A DNA stretch of 64,000 nt from Desulfatiglandales bacterium (GCA_963662465.1 OY759599.1:1280001-1344000), one strand, 5' to 3'. Positions 41,592 to 52,441 are shown, counted from the first letter of the stretch. Numbers and translations: made by a program. Notes: generated by a model from the letters alone, not told the origin.

Positions 41592-43346
41592 ATGGATAAG
41601 AAGAAAATGGTATTGGCTGAAAATTTTAAAGACGCGAGTCTGCTGAGTGCCTGCGAACAGTGTGGGTGCTGCAGTTCGGCATGTCCCGTTACCGGCATCA
41701 GGGACTTCAATGTCAGGCGGATCATCCGTCATGTGGAACTCGATTTAATCGATGAAATCGCAAATACCCCGTTTCCCTGGTATTGCACCACCTGTGGTCG
41801 TTGTGAAACCGTATGTCCCAACGGCATCGGCATTCTGGATATCATGCGGCCCCTGCGGGCTATGACGCCTCTGGAATTCGGTCCGCCGGCCGATGCGCCG
41901 CCCCCATGTGTTGGGGCCTGTCCGGCCGGCGCCGACGTGCCGGGATACTTGCGGCTCATTGCCGAGGGAAAACCCGAGGAAGCCTGCGCCCTGATATTGG
42001 AAAAGGTTCCCTTTCCCGGAATTCTGGGAAGGGTGTGCATGCATCCCTGTGAGCAGAAATGTCGGCGGGGGGAAGTCAATCAGCCGGTTTCAATCTGTGC
42101 TTTGAAGCGGTATGCCGCGGATAAGTCGGGCGATGTGTTTGAAAGAGCGACAAAGGTGAAACCCGATACGGGTCGCAGGGTGGCGGTGGTGGGTTCTGGA
42201 CCCGCCGGTTTGACGGCCGCGTTCTATCTTCGAAAACAGGGGCATGAGGTGACGGTTTTCGAGGGGAAGGCCAAACCCGGCGGTATGATGCGTTATGGCA
42301 TTCCCTTTTACAGATTGCCTGAGGACGTTGTTGACAAGGAGATCAACCAGGTTTTAAGCACGGGGATTCATCTTGAAATCGGTCAGCTTCTGGGCAGGGA
42401 TTTCAGCCTGGAAGACTTGAAAGAAAAGGGGTTTGACGTCGTTTTTGTGGCACTGGGCCTTCAGCAGAGTCGAAAAATAGAATTGGAAGGCGCGGATCTT
42501 CAGGGCGTTTTGTGGGGGGTTGATTTCCTTTCAGAGGTGAGTGAAGGCAAGGAGATTCCCATGAAAGACCGGGTGCTGGTGGTGGGGGGCGGGAATGTGG
42601 CTGTAGACGTGGCCCTGACCGCCATGCGCATGGGCGCCGGCGCCGTAACCATGGCGTGCCTGGAAAGTCGGAACGAGATGCCCGCCAACGAATGGGAAAT
42701 TGAAATGGCCCGGGAAGAAGGGGTGAAATTGATGCCCTCATGGGGCCCCGGAAAGATTATTGGCGAAAATGGCAGCGTATCCGGAATGGAGCTGGTGCAA
42801 TGCGCATCGGTTTTTGATGAGAGCGGCAATTTCTGTCCCGCCTTTGATGACGTGACGCAGTCCCTGGATGTGGATCAGGTGATCCTGGCCATTGGACAGG
42901 CAGCGGATCTCTCCTTTGTGGGAGCGCAAAACCCCCTGAAAGTAGACCGGGGACTTATTGTGGTGGATGAAGAGACCCTTGAGACCCAGATGGCGGGCGT
43001 CTATGCCGGAGGGGAAGTCGGCAAGGGACCGGGGGCGCTCATAGATGCCGTCGCATCCGGAAGAAAAGCCGCCATGTCCATTGATAAGGCCCTTGGGGGC
43101 GACGGTGTTATTGATGAGATTCTGGCGGAAAGGACCAATACCGGAGATTACGATGGAAAGCGGGAACGGGGTTTTGCGGACCAGGTGAGGGCAATGGTTC
43201 CCACGTTGCCGCTTGGCCTGCGACACGAGGATTTCTCCGAAGTGGACCTGTGCTTTGATGACGACCAGGCGGTTTTTGAGGCCAAAAGGTGTCTTCAGTG
43301 CGATTTGGAATGCGGCTTGGTGTCTGAAATTCGCAATAACCATTAA
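41592..43346 (+). CDS. HdrC-like ferredoxin fused to a GltD/NfnB-like NAD(P)H-dependent FAD oxidoreductase
   Basis: CEQCGCCSSACP, CTTCGRCETVCP, C..ACP, GRVC.HPCE..C.R, VGSGPAGL, GGGNVA.D and EAKRCLQC. Confidence 0.88.
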   Translation: MDKKKMVLAENFKDASLLSACEQCGCCSSACPVTGIRDFNVRRIIRHVELDLIDEIANTPFPWYCTTCGRCETVCPNGIGILDIMRPLRAMTPLEFGPPADAPPPCVGACPAGADVPGYLRLIAEGKPEEACALILEKVPFPGILGRVCMHPCEQKCRRGEVNQPVSICALKRYAADKSGDVFERATKVKPDTGRRVAVVGSGPAGLTAAFYLRKQGHEVTVFEGKAKPGGMMRYGIPFYRLPEDVVDKEINQVLSTGIHLEIGQLLGRDFSLEDLKEKGFDVVFVALGLQQSRKIELEGADLQGVLWGVDFLSEVSEGKEIPMKDRVLVVGGGNVAVDVALTAMRMGAGAVTMACLESRNEMPANEWEIEMAREEGVKLMPSWGPGKIIGENGSVSGMELVQCASVFDESGNFCPAFDDVTQSLDVDQVILAIGQAADLSFVGAQNPLKVDRGLIVVDEETLETQMAGVYAGGEVGKGPGALIDAVASGRKAAMSIDKALGGDGVIDEILAERTNTGDYDGKRERGFADQVRAMVPTLPLGLRHEDFSEVDLCFDDDQAVFEAKRCLQCDLECGLVSEIRNNH

Positions 43347-43647
43347 CCTTTTTTAATTTCGATCCAAACCATTCAGGCGCCGGAGTAAAAAACAATCGTT
43401 TTTTTATTCCGGTTCATGAATTGGTGCTTTCCGTATTTTTTTCAAGGCTTTTCTCCGACCTGTTTTAACCCTGAAATCCCTGTTTTTTAGACTGTTTCCA
43501 GCCATAAGGCGCCAATGGTGAATAGTTCAATTGAAATTGTTCCCAATAGGTGCTAGATTCCGCATTTTATGTGATGGTCACGGGTTGGCCGTCAAATCCT
43601 GGATGATAAGATGTAACCATTAGAACGTGATGAGAAAGGAGAACCAC

Positions 43648-45669
43648 ATGAGTAAGGAAGTTGGACTTTATACCAAATATAATCCGCTGTTGATTAAGCC
43701 TGCATTCTCCCTTCCAAAGGAAGTGGCGGTGATTGGGGCCGGCACCATTGGACCCGACATCGGATATTATTTGAAAACCGCTTTGCCGGGAATTAAACTC
43801 TACCTGGTAGACGTGGCGGAGGAACCGCTGAAGGGCGCTGAAAAACGGCTGAACGGTTATATGCAAAAAGCCGTGGATAAAAAGAAGATGAAAGCGGAGA
43901 AGGCGAAAGCCGTTGGCGAAAACATTATTTATACCACGGACTACCATCAGATCAAGAACTGCGATCTAGTGATTGAAGCGGCCACGGAAAATATTTCCCT
44001 TAAACAGAAAATTTTTAAAACGGTGGAGAGCCTGGTGGGGGAGAATACCATTATTACCTCCAACACCAGTTCCATTCCCGCGGATCGCATTTTCAACGAG
44101 ATGAAAAAGCCTGATCGGGCCACCGTCACCCATTTTTTTGCACCGGCCTGGAGAAGTCTGCCCGTGGAGGTCATTCGGTGGGAGAAAGCCAGTGCTGAAG
44201 TGGTGGATTACCTGTTCTGGTTTTTTTGTCAAACCGGAAAAGCACCGATGATTACGGACAATGCCATCTGTTTCATGCTGGACCGGATCTTTGACAACTG
44301 GTGCAACGAGGCAGCCTATCTGTTGCAGGACGCCGGCGCCGGCCAGATTGATAAGGTGGCGGAAGAATTCGTCTTTGCCGGGCCGTTTTTTGTGCTGAAC
44401 ATGGCCAACGGCAATCCCATCATCGTTGAAACCAACACCCTTCAGATGGAAGAGGGCGACCATTACCTGCCTGCTCGAATCCTAGGGTCCGTCAACCGGT
44501 GGTTGACCCATCGGCCCGGCAGCCCGGTAGAGGTTCCGGAAGAAACGGCCAAGGCCATCAGGGACCGATTGCTGGGGATTTTCTTTTCCCAGTCCTTTGA
44601 TGTGATCGATCGCGGCATCGGCGCCAAGGAAGATCTCAACTTCGGATGCCAGATTGCCCTGGGGTTCAGGAAAGGTCCCCTGGATGTCATGCGGGATTTG
44701 GGAGAGGCCGAAGTCAACCGCATCATGAAACGGTTTGAGGCGGAGAGGCCCGGATTTCCCCAGCCCAAAGCCTCTTTTTCAGCGTATCAGGATTTTAACC
44801 GGTTCGTGCTGGTGGATGACCTGGATGGGGCTAAAATTATTACCATTCGCAGGCCCCAGGCCATGAATGCGCTCACCTATGAAATTACCGATGAAATTCT
44901 TGATGTGGTGAAAAAATTTCATGAGGATCCCGCGGTAAAGGGATTCGTCATCACCGGTTACGGCAATAGCGCTTTTTCCGCTGGGGCCGATATCGGTCGG
45001 TTCCCCGAGGTGCTTGGGGATCTTGAGGGAGCGGCTGATTATTGCCGCGAGTATGCCAAGCTTCAGTTGTTTATGGACCGAATGGAAAAGCCGGTGGTGG
45101 CTGCCATTAACGGCATGGCCCTGGGGGGCGGACTGGAAGTGGCGCTCAGGTGCCACGGCATGGTGGCTTCAAAAAATGCCTTTTTCCAGTTTCCCGAGAT
45201 ATCTCTTGGGATTTCTCCGGGGATTGGCGGTTGCGTGGTGCCCTACCGGAAATGGCCCTCGGGCGCGGCCCTTTTTAATGAAATGCTGTGTTTTGGAAGA
45301 CCCATCAAGGTCGAGGAAGCCAGGGAGTTGGGAATGGTATCCGAGATTGTGGATGAACATGCGGATCTGATTCCCGCGGCCCTGGCCTTGGTGGACAAGC
45401 TTCAGGGGAATCTTCCAAGGGGAGCGGATGGATGTGTGGATATTCCGTCCATTGATATCCCGGATCAACCCATGTTTGGAAAACAGCCCTTGAGCCGGGA
45501 AGCGGTCGGCATCATTGCCAGAACGGTCAAGAACGGGGCGGCCGCCAAAACTTTTGCGGATTCTCTGGAGATTTGTTATCAGGGGTTTGGCGAAATCGCC
45601 TGCTCCGATGCCGCAAAGGAAGGCATCTCGGCGTTTCTGGAAAAAAGGCGGCCTGAATTTAAAAAATAA
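43648..45669 (+). CDS. 3-hydroxyacyl-CoA dehydrogenase / enoyl-CoA hydratase fusion
   Basis: VIGAGTIG, IEAATE, SNTSS and HFFAP, then RPQAMNAL, FSAGADI, ALGGGLE and FPEI.LG. Confidence 0.92.
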   Translation: MSKEVGLYTKYNPLLIKPAFSLPKEVAVIGAGTIGPDIGYYLKTALPGIKLYLVDVAEEPLKGAEKRLNGYMQKAVDKKKMKAEKAKAVGENIIYTTDYHQIKNCDLVIEAATENISLKQKIFKTVESLVGENTIITSNTSSIPADRIFNEMKKPDRATVTHFFAPAWRSLPVEVIRWEKASAEVVDYLFWFFCQTGKAPMITDNAICFMLDRIFDNWCNEAAYLLQDAGAGQIDKVAEEFVFAGPFFVLNMANGNPIIVETNTLQMEEGDHYLPARILGSVNRWLTHRPGSPVEVPEETAKAIRDRLLGIFFSQSFDVIDRGIGAKEDLNFGCQIALGFRKGPLDVMRDLGEAEVNRIMKRFEAERPGFPQPKASFSAYQDFNRFVLVDDLDGAKIITIRRPQAMNALTYEITDEILDVVKKFHEDPAVKGFVITGYGNSAFSAGADIGRFPEVLGDLEGAADYCREYAKLQLFMDRMEKPVVAAINGMALGGGLEVALRCHGMVASKNAFFQFPEISLGISPGIGGCVVPYRKWPSGAALFNEMLCFGRPIKVEEARELGMVSEIVDEHADLIPAALALVDKLQGNLPRGADGCVDIPSIDIPDQPMFGKQPLSREAVGIIARTVKNGAAAKTFADSLEICYQGFGEIACSDAAKEGISAFLEKRRPEFKK

Positions 45670-45688
45670 AAAGTATTAGCTTAACAAC

Positions 45689-45724
45689 TGGGTGTTACGC
45701 GAAAAGCGTAGCGCCCATTTTTTT
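45689..45724 (+). terminator. Intrinsic terminator
   Basis: TGGGTGTTACGC-GAAAA-GCGTAGCGCCCA stem followed by T7. Confidence 0.8.
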
Positions 45725-45794
45725 GGCGGACCGGTTGAAGAGAAGTAAATTACCAACCGTTCGGTGGATATTTTTAACGTTCTGAATGGGAACA

Positions 45795-46172
45795 TCAATA
45801 ACCATAGCCTCCAGTTTTGATGTCAATGAGTTTTCCATTTCTAAAAGTAAGATAGCGGACAAATTGCGTAGAACCTAAATTGTAAGTCCAGATTTCAATT
45901 TGATTTTCGCTGATAACATAATTGTACCCCTCATGATTTTCAGGATATCTACTGCTGAAGTTTGTCCCAACCTTTTCCGCTCTTTCATCAATATTGCTTG
46001 GCTGCCCACATTTATGCAAAACAAAATCCCGTGATTGTCCAAGATCAATAATCCTTCCACCACATCGGAAAGACGCACCGCCATCGGCAGAAAAGGGCTC
46101 AACGAACATCACCGAAAACATGATTAAAAAAATAATGAAGAAATTCATATTATTCAAAGCCTCATTTTTCAA
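45795..46172 (-). CDS. Exported DUF2845-like protein
   Basis: Signal-like N-terminus; SFRCG..II..G....V..KCG.P ... WTYN.G....RYL.F..GKL..I..G. Confidence 0.75.
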   Translation of the reverse strand: MKNEALNNMNFFIIFLIMFSVMFVEPFSADGGASFRCGGRIIDLGQSRDFVLHKCGQPSNIDERAEKVGTNFSSRYPENHEGYNYVISENQIEIWTYNLGSTQFVRYLTFRNGKLIDIKTGGYGY

Positions 46173-46351
46173 CTCAGCGATACGCTGTTATTTCCAATGG
46201 ATAAATATTCGGAACTCTCCATCACCGACAAAAGACTCACCATCAACGGCGCTAACCAAGCCGGGAGCGGGACGCCGCTGACGAAGAAGGTGCTAACTCC
46301 GGGCGAAAGTGGGTGGCGTGTGTTCAACATCAACGCAGCCGGTAAGACGAT

Positions 46352-48118
46352 TTACGGTCCGCCATCTAAAGAAGGGTTGTTGATATCCGAATCGCCCCTG
46401 TTGTTCCCAGGCGGGCCGGATGGACCGGAAAAAATGCTGTCTTTCCAAACAGTCAAGGCCCGTTTTACATTTTCAAACACCTGTCCGGCCGGCGCCGGTT
46501 TGGTGTTGGGTGCGGTAGCTGTTTCAGATTGCTGTTTTGGACCCGGAGAGAATGTTTTTGTCGTTTTTTGAGGGGCCAATTCAATGTTCACATGTTTTTC
46601 TTCACCTTTTGACAGCTTAATCCATTGACCTTGGGTTACATATCCTTGAGCGGATATATTCAAGTGATAACTACCTGGTGAAAGGGGCATGCCTTGACTG
46701 TATTTGGGACGAATATTCATAATTTTCACTTGAGCATTTGAGGGATATACGTCCACATAAAGTCTTCCATGCTGAGCATCGATTTTGAGGTTCTCCGAAT
46801 CAATGTCCGCATGAATTACAAGCAGTTTCCCACTGACCATATTTATCATTTCAGTCCACTTATAATGTCCCTTTGCCTTGATGGTGATGCGGTGTGTCCC
46901 CGGTGGCACATTCTTCATTTCATCAGGTGTCCTTCCTGCATAAATTCCGTCCAGATACCAGGAAGCCTGGGGGATATTGCTTTGGATCTGGAGGATCCCG
47001 CCGGAAGATTTTTTCTCAAGAACAGCATCCATTATCATGGGATGGTCCTCCCGAAGCAGAACCTGCTCTTTCCAGATTCCATACCCGTCCTTTTTGGCCT
47101 CAACCATCACGCGACCCGGTGTAAGGCCGGCTACTTCCACCGGGGAAGTTCCCTCTAAGCGGCCGTCGATCCAGACTTTGGCCCCCGGTGGAGAAGATTT
47201 CACTTGCAGAGTACAGCTTCCAGATGTTGATTTGATGTTAAAGATATAGTCCCCCCTGGATAATTTATAATCTTTTATTTTGCCATATTGGGGCGTTTGG
47301 CTGGTGTGTTGAGGTACTTTCTCCTGAAGGTAGATCCCCAGTTCCGTTCCGCTGACGTAATTATCACCGTTCAAGTCGGCCCAGCCGTATTTTAAGGCAT
47401 CAATAAACGCCGGAGTAAAAACGCTACTGGCGGGAACCGGGTCCCCGGCGTCCCCCGCCGTAATATATTGTCGAACGGGAAGCGAAGTTGAACGGGTAAT
47501 ATGAGGCGGCCTTTTGGGCAGCGACTTGACTTTGAATACCGTTCCGGAGAAACAACTGTCAAAAAGGAACAGGGCGTGTTTGGCCTCCATTTGGCGTGAC
47601 CATGAAAGAATCTGTGTCATGGGAAGGGCCTTGCGCAAAAAACTGCGTTCATCACGTCTAGGATCAGGAGCGTCGACGGGGACCAGGTAGCCTTTCTCTC
47701 CCCCCTTACGAGTGTGGCCGTGTCCTGAGAAAAAAAAGAGCAGACGATTGTTGGGATCAAATCCGTATTGGTCAATGAATTCTTCAAAGGCTACATTGAG
47801 TGCTTTGCTGTCCGGGTTCATGATTTTGACGACATGAAAACCCTGTTTCTTAAGTATGTTTTCAACCTGATCCAGCTCACTTGAAATGCTCTTCAAATCC
47901 GGCCAACCTGCCGTGTAATTGCTGACGCCGATGAGAAGGGCGTAGCTACCTTCGTACATCGGAAGTTCTTTTTCTGAAATGTCTTTTACACAAACCTTGA
48001 TGCCCCGGTCTGGACCTGCGAACGCTTTCTCAAAAGGGGTGAGCATCAGGATACAAAAAGTGCAAAGGGCTGCCATGAGAATCATAATTTTTAAAGCTTT
48101 TTTAGATAATTTTCCCAT
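46352..48118 (-). CDS. Exported caspase-like peptidase C14 with three PEGA-type repeats
   Basis: Signal peptide; YALLIG..NY; FSGHG and FDSCFSG His/Cys dyad; S.P.GA.V..DG...G.SP repeats. Confidence 0.85.
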   Translation of the reverse strand: MGKLSKKALKIMILMAALCTFCILMLTPFEKAFAGPDRGIKVCVKDISEKELPMYEGSYALLIGVSNYTAGWPDLKSISSELDQVENILKKQGFHVVKIMNPDSKALNVAFEEFIDQYGFDPNNRLLFFFSGHGHTRKGGEKGYLVPVDAPDPRRDERSFLRKALPMTQILSWSRQMEAKHALFLFDSCFSGTVFKVKSLPKRPPHITRSTSLPVRQYITAGDAGDPVPASSVFTPAFIDALKYGWADLNGDNYVSGTELGIYLQEKVPQHTSQTPQYGKIKDYKLSRGDYIFNIKSTSGSCTLQVKSSPPGAKVWIDGRLEGTSPVEVAGLTPGRVMVEAKKDGYGIWKEQVLLREDHPMIMDAVLEKKSSGGILQIQSNIPQASWYLDGIYAGRTPDEMKNVPPGTHRITIKAKGHYKWTEMINMVSGKLLVIHADIDSENLKIDAQHGRLYVDVYPSNAQVKIMNIRPKYSQGMPLSPGSYHLNISAQGYVTQGQWIKLSKGEEKHVNIELAPQKTTKTFSPGPKQQSETATAPNTKPAPAGQVFENVKRALTVWKDSIFSGPSGPPGNNRGDSDINNPSLDGGP

Positions 48119-48819
48119 AACGCCTCCTTAAAAATTGGGCTTTATTCGATTTTTTATCATTAAAGAATTTTTTCACCTATCATATCTAACTAAAATACAG
48201 TAACAGTTTTTATGGATCAATGCAAGCTTGGGTAGTGAGTGACAGAAAAACTTTTCGATGGTAACAAAAGCCTAAAACTCACAGAGGCCAAAATGCCATT
48301 TTTATGCGAACCCATCGTTTAGACGCAGTTTGCGAGTCTGAAGGATGTGGACCACTGGCTGTCAAACAGTGAGGACCGTGTTGAAAATGATTGACTAAGG
48401 GAACTTCCAGTTCCCTAAGACGTCGTTGGTGTACAAACCATCACAAGAAGAAAACCATGGGTGTAGTTTAAATGGTGAGATCCGTTTGGCCAACCCGGAA
48501 TTTGAACAAGGTGGAACCGGTTGTTCCGTTCTTTGCCCGGGAAAGAAGCCAAAGTTCTTCTTTCTGATATTTTCCCACCACATTAGCAAGGGGTTTCCAG
48601 AAGGCTTTGGGTTTGTTTTTCCTGGCGCCTGTCTGAATTTTTCGGGTTTTCCACGGTGGGTGTGTGAAAAATATATTTTTGGCATATCTATTGCTAGTCG
48701 TCGCAACTTGATGAATGCGAACCTTTTTCGACACTTCTTTTTTCAGGCGCACGAAAGCCGTCGCCTGATTTGCAGAAAGGCATATTGAAATGAACGTTAG
48801 ATTCTCCGCAGGGAAAAGT

Positions 48820-49731
48820 ATGTCAACAGCGATTCCACTTTCATTTAAAAAAAATCTCTTTTCGGATCGCACAGAACCGTTATGGGTTTGTATTAAAAAG
48901 ATTGCCGTTAATTTGCTGCTCATTTGCAGCGGAAGTATTCTGTGTGCCGTTTCCATCAATGGTATTCTGGTGCCCCAGGGATTTTACGGGGCCGGACTTA
49001 CGGGCGTTGCCATTATTGTCCATTACCTCATTCCCACAGTCCCCGTTGCGTTGGCTTATTTGATTCTCAACGTACCCGTTTTTTTGATGGGCTGGAAATT
49101 TGTTGGAAAAAGGTTTTTTTTGTACAGCATTGTCGGCACGGGGGTCTTTACAATGGCCGTGGAATGGGTGCGTTACCCGGTCCCGATTCAGGACCCCGTG
49201 CTATGTGCGGTCTTTGCGGGTATACTCATGGGCGCGGGTGCGGGGATCATTCTCAAATCCTATGGATCCGCGGGGGGCCTGGATATCCTTTCCGTTATTT
49301 TGATGAAACGCTTTTCCGTTCGTCTGGGGTCGACGGTTCTGGCATTTAATGTGGCCATTCTAGCGGCAGGCGCTATTTTATTCACTCTGGAAATGGCCCT
49401 TTACACCCTGATCTATCTGTATGTAAATGCTCATGTGGTGAATCTGATGGTGAGCGGTTTGAGTCAGCGCAAAGCGGTCCACGTCATCACGCCAAAATGG
49501 CGCCAAATTTCACAGCATATCATGGGTGATTTGCACCGGGGCGTCACAATTCTTGAAGGCCGGGGCGCATATTCCGGAAAAGCCGAAAAGATTCTGTACA
49601 CGGTGATTACATTCCGGGAACTGGCGGCCTTGAAACGAATGATCGGGACCTATGATCCCAACGCTTTTGTTGTGGTGAGCGATACACTTGAAGTGATGGG
49701 TCAGCGGATTGGAAACCAGCCGCACTGGTAG
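48820..49731 (+). CDS. YitT family membrane protein
   Basis: GLTGVA, LNVPVF..GW, GSAGGLD, RGVT.L.G.GAYSG and DPNAFVVV. Confidence 0.9.
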   Translation: MSTAIPLSFKKNLFSDRTEPLWVCIKKIAVNLLLICSGSILCAVSINGILVPQGFYGAGLTGVAIIVHYLIPTVPVALAYLILNVPVFLMGWKFVGKRFFLYSIVGTGVFTMAVEWVRYPVPIQDPVLCAVFAGILMGAGAGIILKSYGSAGGLDILSVILMKRFSVRLGSTVLAFNVAILAAGAILFTLEMALYTLIYLYVNAHVVNLMVSGLSQRKAVHVITPKWRQISQHIMGDLHRGVTILEGRGAYSGKAEKILYTVITFRELAALKRMIGTYDPNAFVVVSDTLEVMGQRIGNQPHW

Positions 49732-49836
49732 GAACGTTGACAGGGTCGCGGAAAGTCTTGATTCGCATCTGTGCGACGTCTAGTGATTATCCACGTATCC
49801 GACGTTGACATGAAATCAGAGGCATGTCATGGCTTT

Positions 49837-49918
49837 CAAGCAGATTAAGTGAGAATCCTCACATTATTTGCGCGTAAAGAGCGTTATGGCCCACAAAAAT
49901 TGCTTGTTATAAATGCTC
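49837..49918 (+). repeat. 82-bp direct repeat, copy 1 (copy 2 at 57070-57151)
   Basis: CAAGCAGATTAAGTGAGAAT..TCACATTATTTGCGCGTAAA...AATTGCTTGT.ATAAATGCTC. Confidence 0.9.
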
Positions 49919-49969
49919 CGAAAAGCGTCCATTCTATACAGTTTTTTGCGGAAAAGACTTCCTGACAGA

Positions 49970-50680
49970 GCGGAAATCATGTACAGGCTGACGGGGATCA
50001 TCATGGAAGCGGCGCCCATCGGCGTGTTTGCGTTGATGGCCGCTGTGGTGGGTCAGTACGGCCTGAAATTTCTGCTGCCACTGAATCAAGGTGGCGCTGG
50101 CCATGTATTTCATCTGTCTTATCCATATTGTCGTTGTTTTTGGCGGTGCCCTGGTTCTGGTGGCAAGACTCAATCCCATGCGGTTTTTAAAAGGGTTTTT
50201 GGATGCCGTTGTGCTGGCTTATTCCACGTCGAGCAGTTCAGCGGCCCTGCCGGTATCCATGCGCTGCTGTCAGGAAAATCTCGGAGTTCCCGAAGACGCG
50301 GTCAGCCTGGTGCTTCCGCTGGGAGCAACCATCAATATGAACGGAACCGCCATTTACCAGGGAATCTGGCTGTATTTCTGGCCCAGGCCTATGGCATTGA
50401 ACTCTCCTTTGCCAATTACGCGACCATGATCATGACTGCCATTCCGGCTTCCATTGGTACGGCGGGTATTTCCGGAGCGGGACTGATTATGCTTTCAATG
50501 GTCCTACCCTCGGTGGGCATCCCTTTGGAAGGTATCGCCCTGGTGGCGGGAATTGACCGTATGCTGGACATGGTTCGCAGTACGGTAAATGTGATGGGCG
50601 ACGCGTTGGCCGCAGTACTGGTTTCGGCCAGTGAAAATGAACTTGATCTGGATTGTTATAATCGGAACATCAAAGAATAG
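49970..50680 (+). pseudogene. Dicarboxylate/amino acid:cation symporter (GltP-like), 5'-truncated and frameshifted
   Basis: APIGVFALMA and GIDRMLDM.R...NV.GD in one frame; STSSSSAALP and LPLGATINMNGTAIY in another (shifts near 50090 and 50365). Confidence 0.9.
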
Positions 50681-50807
50681 GGTGGTGATCATATGAAAAA
50701 AAATGTCTTGATGACCTCTTCCCTGGGACTGACCGTTATACTCATTGATTTTTTTCGCCATAAATGGTAAGAATTATAAAAGTAAGAAAACGTCAGGAGG
50801 TGTTCAA

Positions 50808-50900
50808 CATATTAGAATTACGACTAAAGGTCAAGTAACGATCCCAGTGGCCTTTAGAGAAAGACTGGGCTTTTTCCCTAACACGGAAGTTGAATTTGAT
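50808..50900 (+). pseudogene. AbrB/MazE-type antitoxin N-terminal remnant
   Basis: RITTKGQVTIPVAFRERLG..P..EVEF, then an abrupt switch to unrelated sequence. Confidence 0.7.
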
Positions 50901-51414
50901 CCAGGACATCCAGGATCTCCTTGGCGGAGGCCAGATGGCGTTTATTCCCAAAGACGTCCTCGGCCGGTTTCGCTATGTGTCCGGCTTTTCCGTCAACACG
51001 CAACTGTTTTTGAGATTCATACTCCGGGTCGAAAGCGGCCGCGTGACCGGACCTGGAGGAGAGGGCGAAGATGTAACGGAGATCGGCATCCAATTCAAGA
51101 ACAGCCTGGTGGGGGATGCCGCGGTCAGCATCCAGTATTTTGTCAACCGCCTCCTTTGCGCCAATGGCCTCATTGTGCCGGCCGGTGCATCCAATACCCG
51201 CATATTTCATTCCGGCAAACGCAAAAGTTTCATGCAAAGACTGGAGAGATCGTTTCGCGAAGTGGAACGAAAGATCGGTTCCACCGCAACGGCCGTCAAA
51301 TCTCTCATGGCCATCACTTTTGATCCCGAAGCCCTGGCGGATCAGATTGTCAAAAACAGACGAAAATTTGGTTCTGCCGGAAATATGAACAGTTCATATT
51401 CAGGAATTTTTTGA
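50901..51414 (+). pseudogene. DUF932/DUF945-like fragment
   Basis: GIQFKNS..G...V......RLLCANGLI motif. Confidence 0.5.
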
Positions 51415-51716
51415 GTCCCTGGCTGCCATTGTGCCGGCCTATTCCACTTCGAGCAGTTCATTTGAGGCGCCTGGTTGAATCCCTCCCGGCACAAACTCAA
51501 TGCCGTTGTCCATGATTTGCATCTGGAATTCTGGAACGCTGCCCCGCCCCTAATCGAACAGCAATTCTCATTTTGGACCTTGCGATGGGAAAACTCTCCA
51601 CTTTTGACATTAAAACGGACCAATTATGACACTTTTGGGTCAAAAATGCCCGAAAAAATGACATGTCTTCCCAAAATATGGCCATAATGAGAATTGCTGC
51701 TAATCGAACCTGCCCC

Positions 51717-51755
51717 TTGACTTTTGGCCTCTAAGTCTGTATGATGTTGTCATAC
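51717..51755 (+). promoter_or_regulatory. Sigma70 promoter with overlapping palindromic operator for the TA operon
   Basis: TTGACT (51717)-17 bp-TATGAT (51740); GTATGA-N5-TCATAC at 51739-51755. Confidence 0.8.
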
Positions 51756-51773
51756 TATTCAGGGGGTATCTCC

Positions 51774-52025
51774 ATGAAAACTAAAAATACGCGTGCGGCC
51801 GTGACAATTTCCATGCCGCGGGACATGGCCGAGGAATATGACAGGCTGGCAAAAAGGCTGGCAAAGAACAGGAGCGTGCTTTTCAGAGAAATGTTTCTCG
51901 CTTTCAAGAAACAGCAGCTCAAGGAGGAGTTTCGAGAACTTCAAACATACGGCGCCGGGCTTGCTCAACAGAAAGGGGTCTTTACGGAATCTGATGTTGA
52001 AAGACTCGTTTTCGAAGGACGCTGA
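51774..52025 (+). CDS. CopG/RHH antitoxin
   Basis: VTISMP..MA...DRLA.....NRS.L.RE; directly upstream of a PIN gene. Confidence 0.85.
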   Translation: MKTKNTRAAVTISMPRDMAEEYDRLAKRLAKNRSVLFREMFLAFKKQQLKEEFRELQTYGAGLAQQKGVFTESDVERLVFEGR

Positions 52026-52027
52026 AG

Positions 52028-52441
52028 GTGAAGGTCGTTTTTGACACCAACATCTATATTTCCGCCTTTGTCATACCTGGCGGGAATGCTGAAAAAGTGT
52101 ACCTACATGCCGTGGATGGCAATTTCGCGCTTTGTACCTCCATTGCCATCTTGACGGAATTGGCGTGCAAACTGGACGAAAAGTTCGGATGGGAAAAGGA
52201 GAAGATCGAGCAGTTGATTACGTCCATCAGCAATCTTGCAAACACTTTCAAAACCTCTCCTCGTTTGAAGGTATTATCGGATGACCCGGACAATCGCATT
52301 TTGGAATGCGCGTTGGATGCCACCGCTGAATTCATCGTAACGGGGGACAAGCATCTGCTCAATTTGACGAGGTATCAAGATATCGAAATCATCAAGCTGT
52401 CAACCTTTCTCTCAATGCTCCATCAGGCATCTGCCGAATAA
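52028..52441 (+). CDS. PIN-domain (VapC-like) toxin
   Basis: VVFDTNIYIS, DDPDNRILECA and IVTGDKHLL. Confidence 0.92.
   Translation: MKVVFDTNIYISAFVIPGGNAEKVYLHAVDGNFALCTSIAILTELACKLDEKFGWEKEKIEQLITSISNLANTFKTSPRLKVLSDDPDNRILECALDATAEFIVTGDKHLLNLTRYQDIEIIKLSTFLSMLHQASAE

Noticed and set aside
48459..48540. tRNA-like start GGGTGTAGTTTAAATGGT
   Set aside because: No T-loop (GTTCRA), anticodon arm or acceptor-stem complement follows
50745..51323. 192-aa ORF as a real AbrB fusion protein
   Set aside because: Only about 30 residues are AbrB-like; the rest is an off-frame read of the DUF932-like fragment
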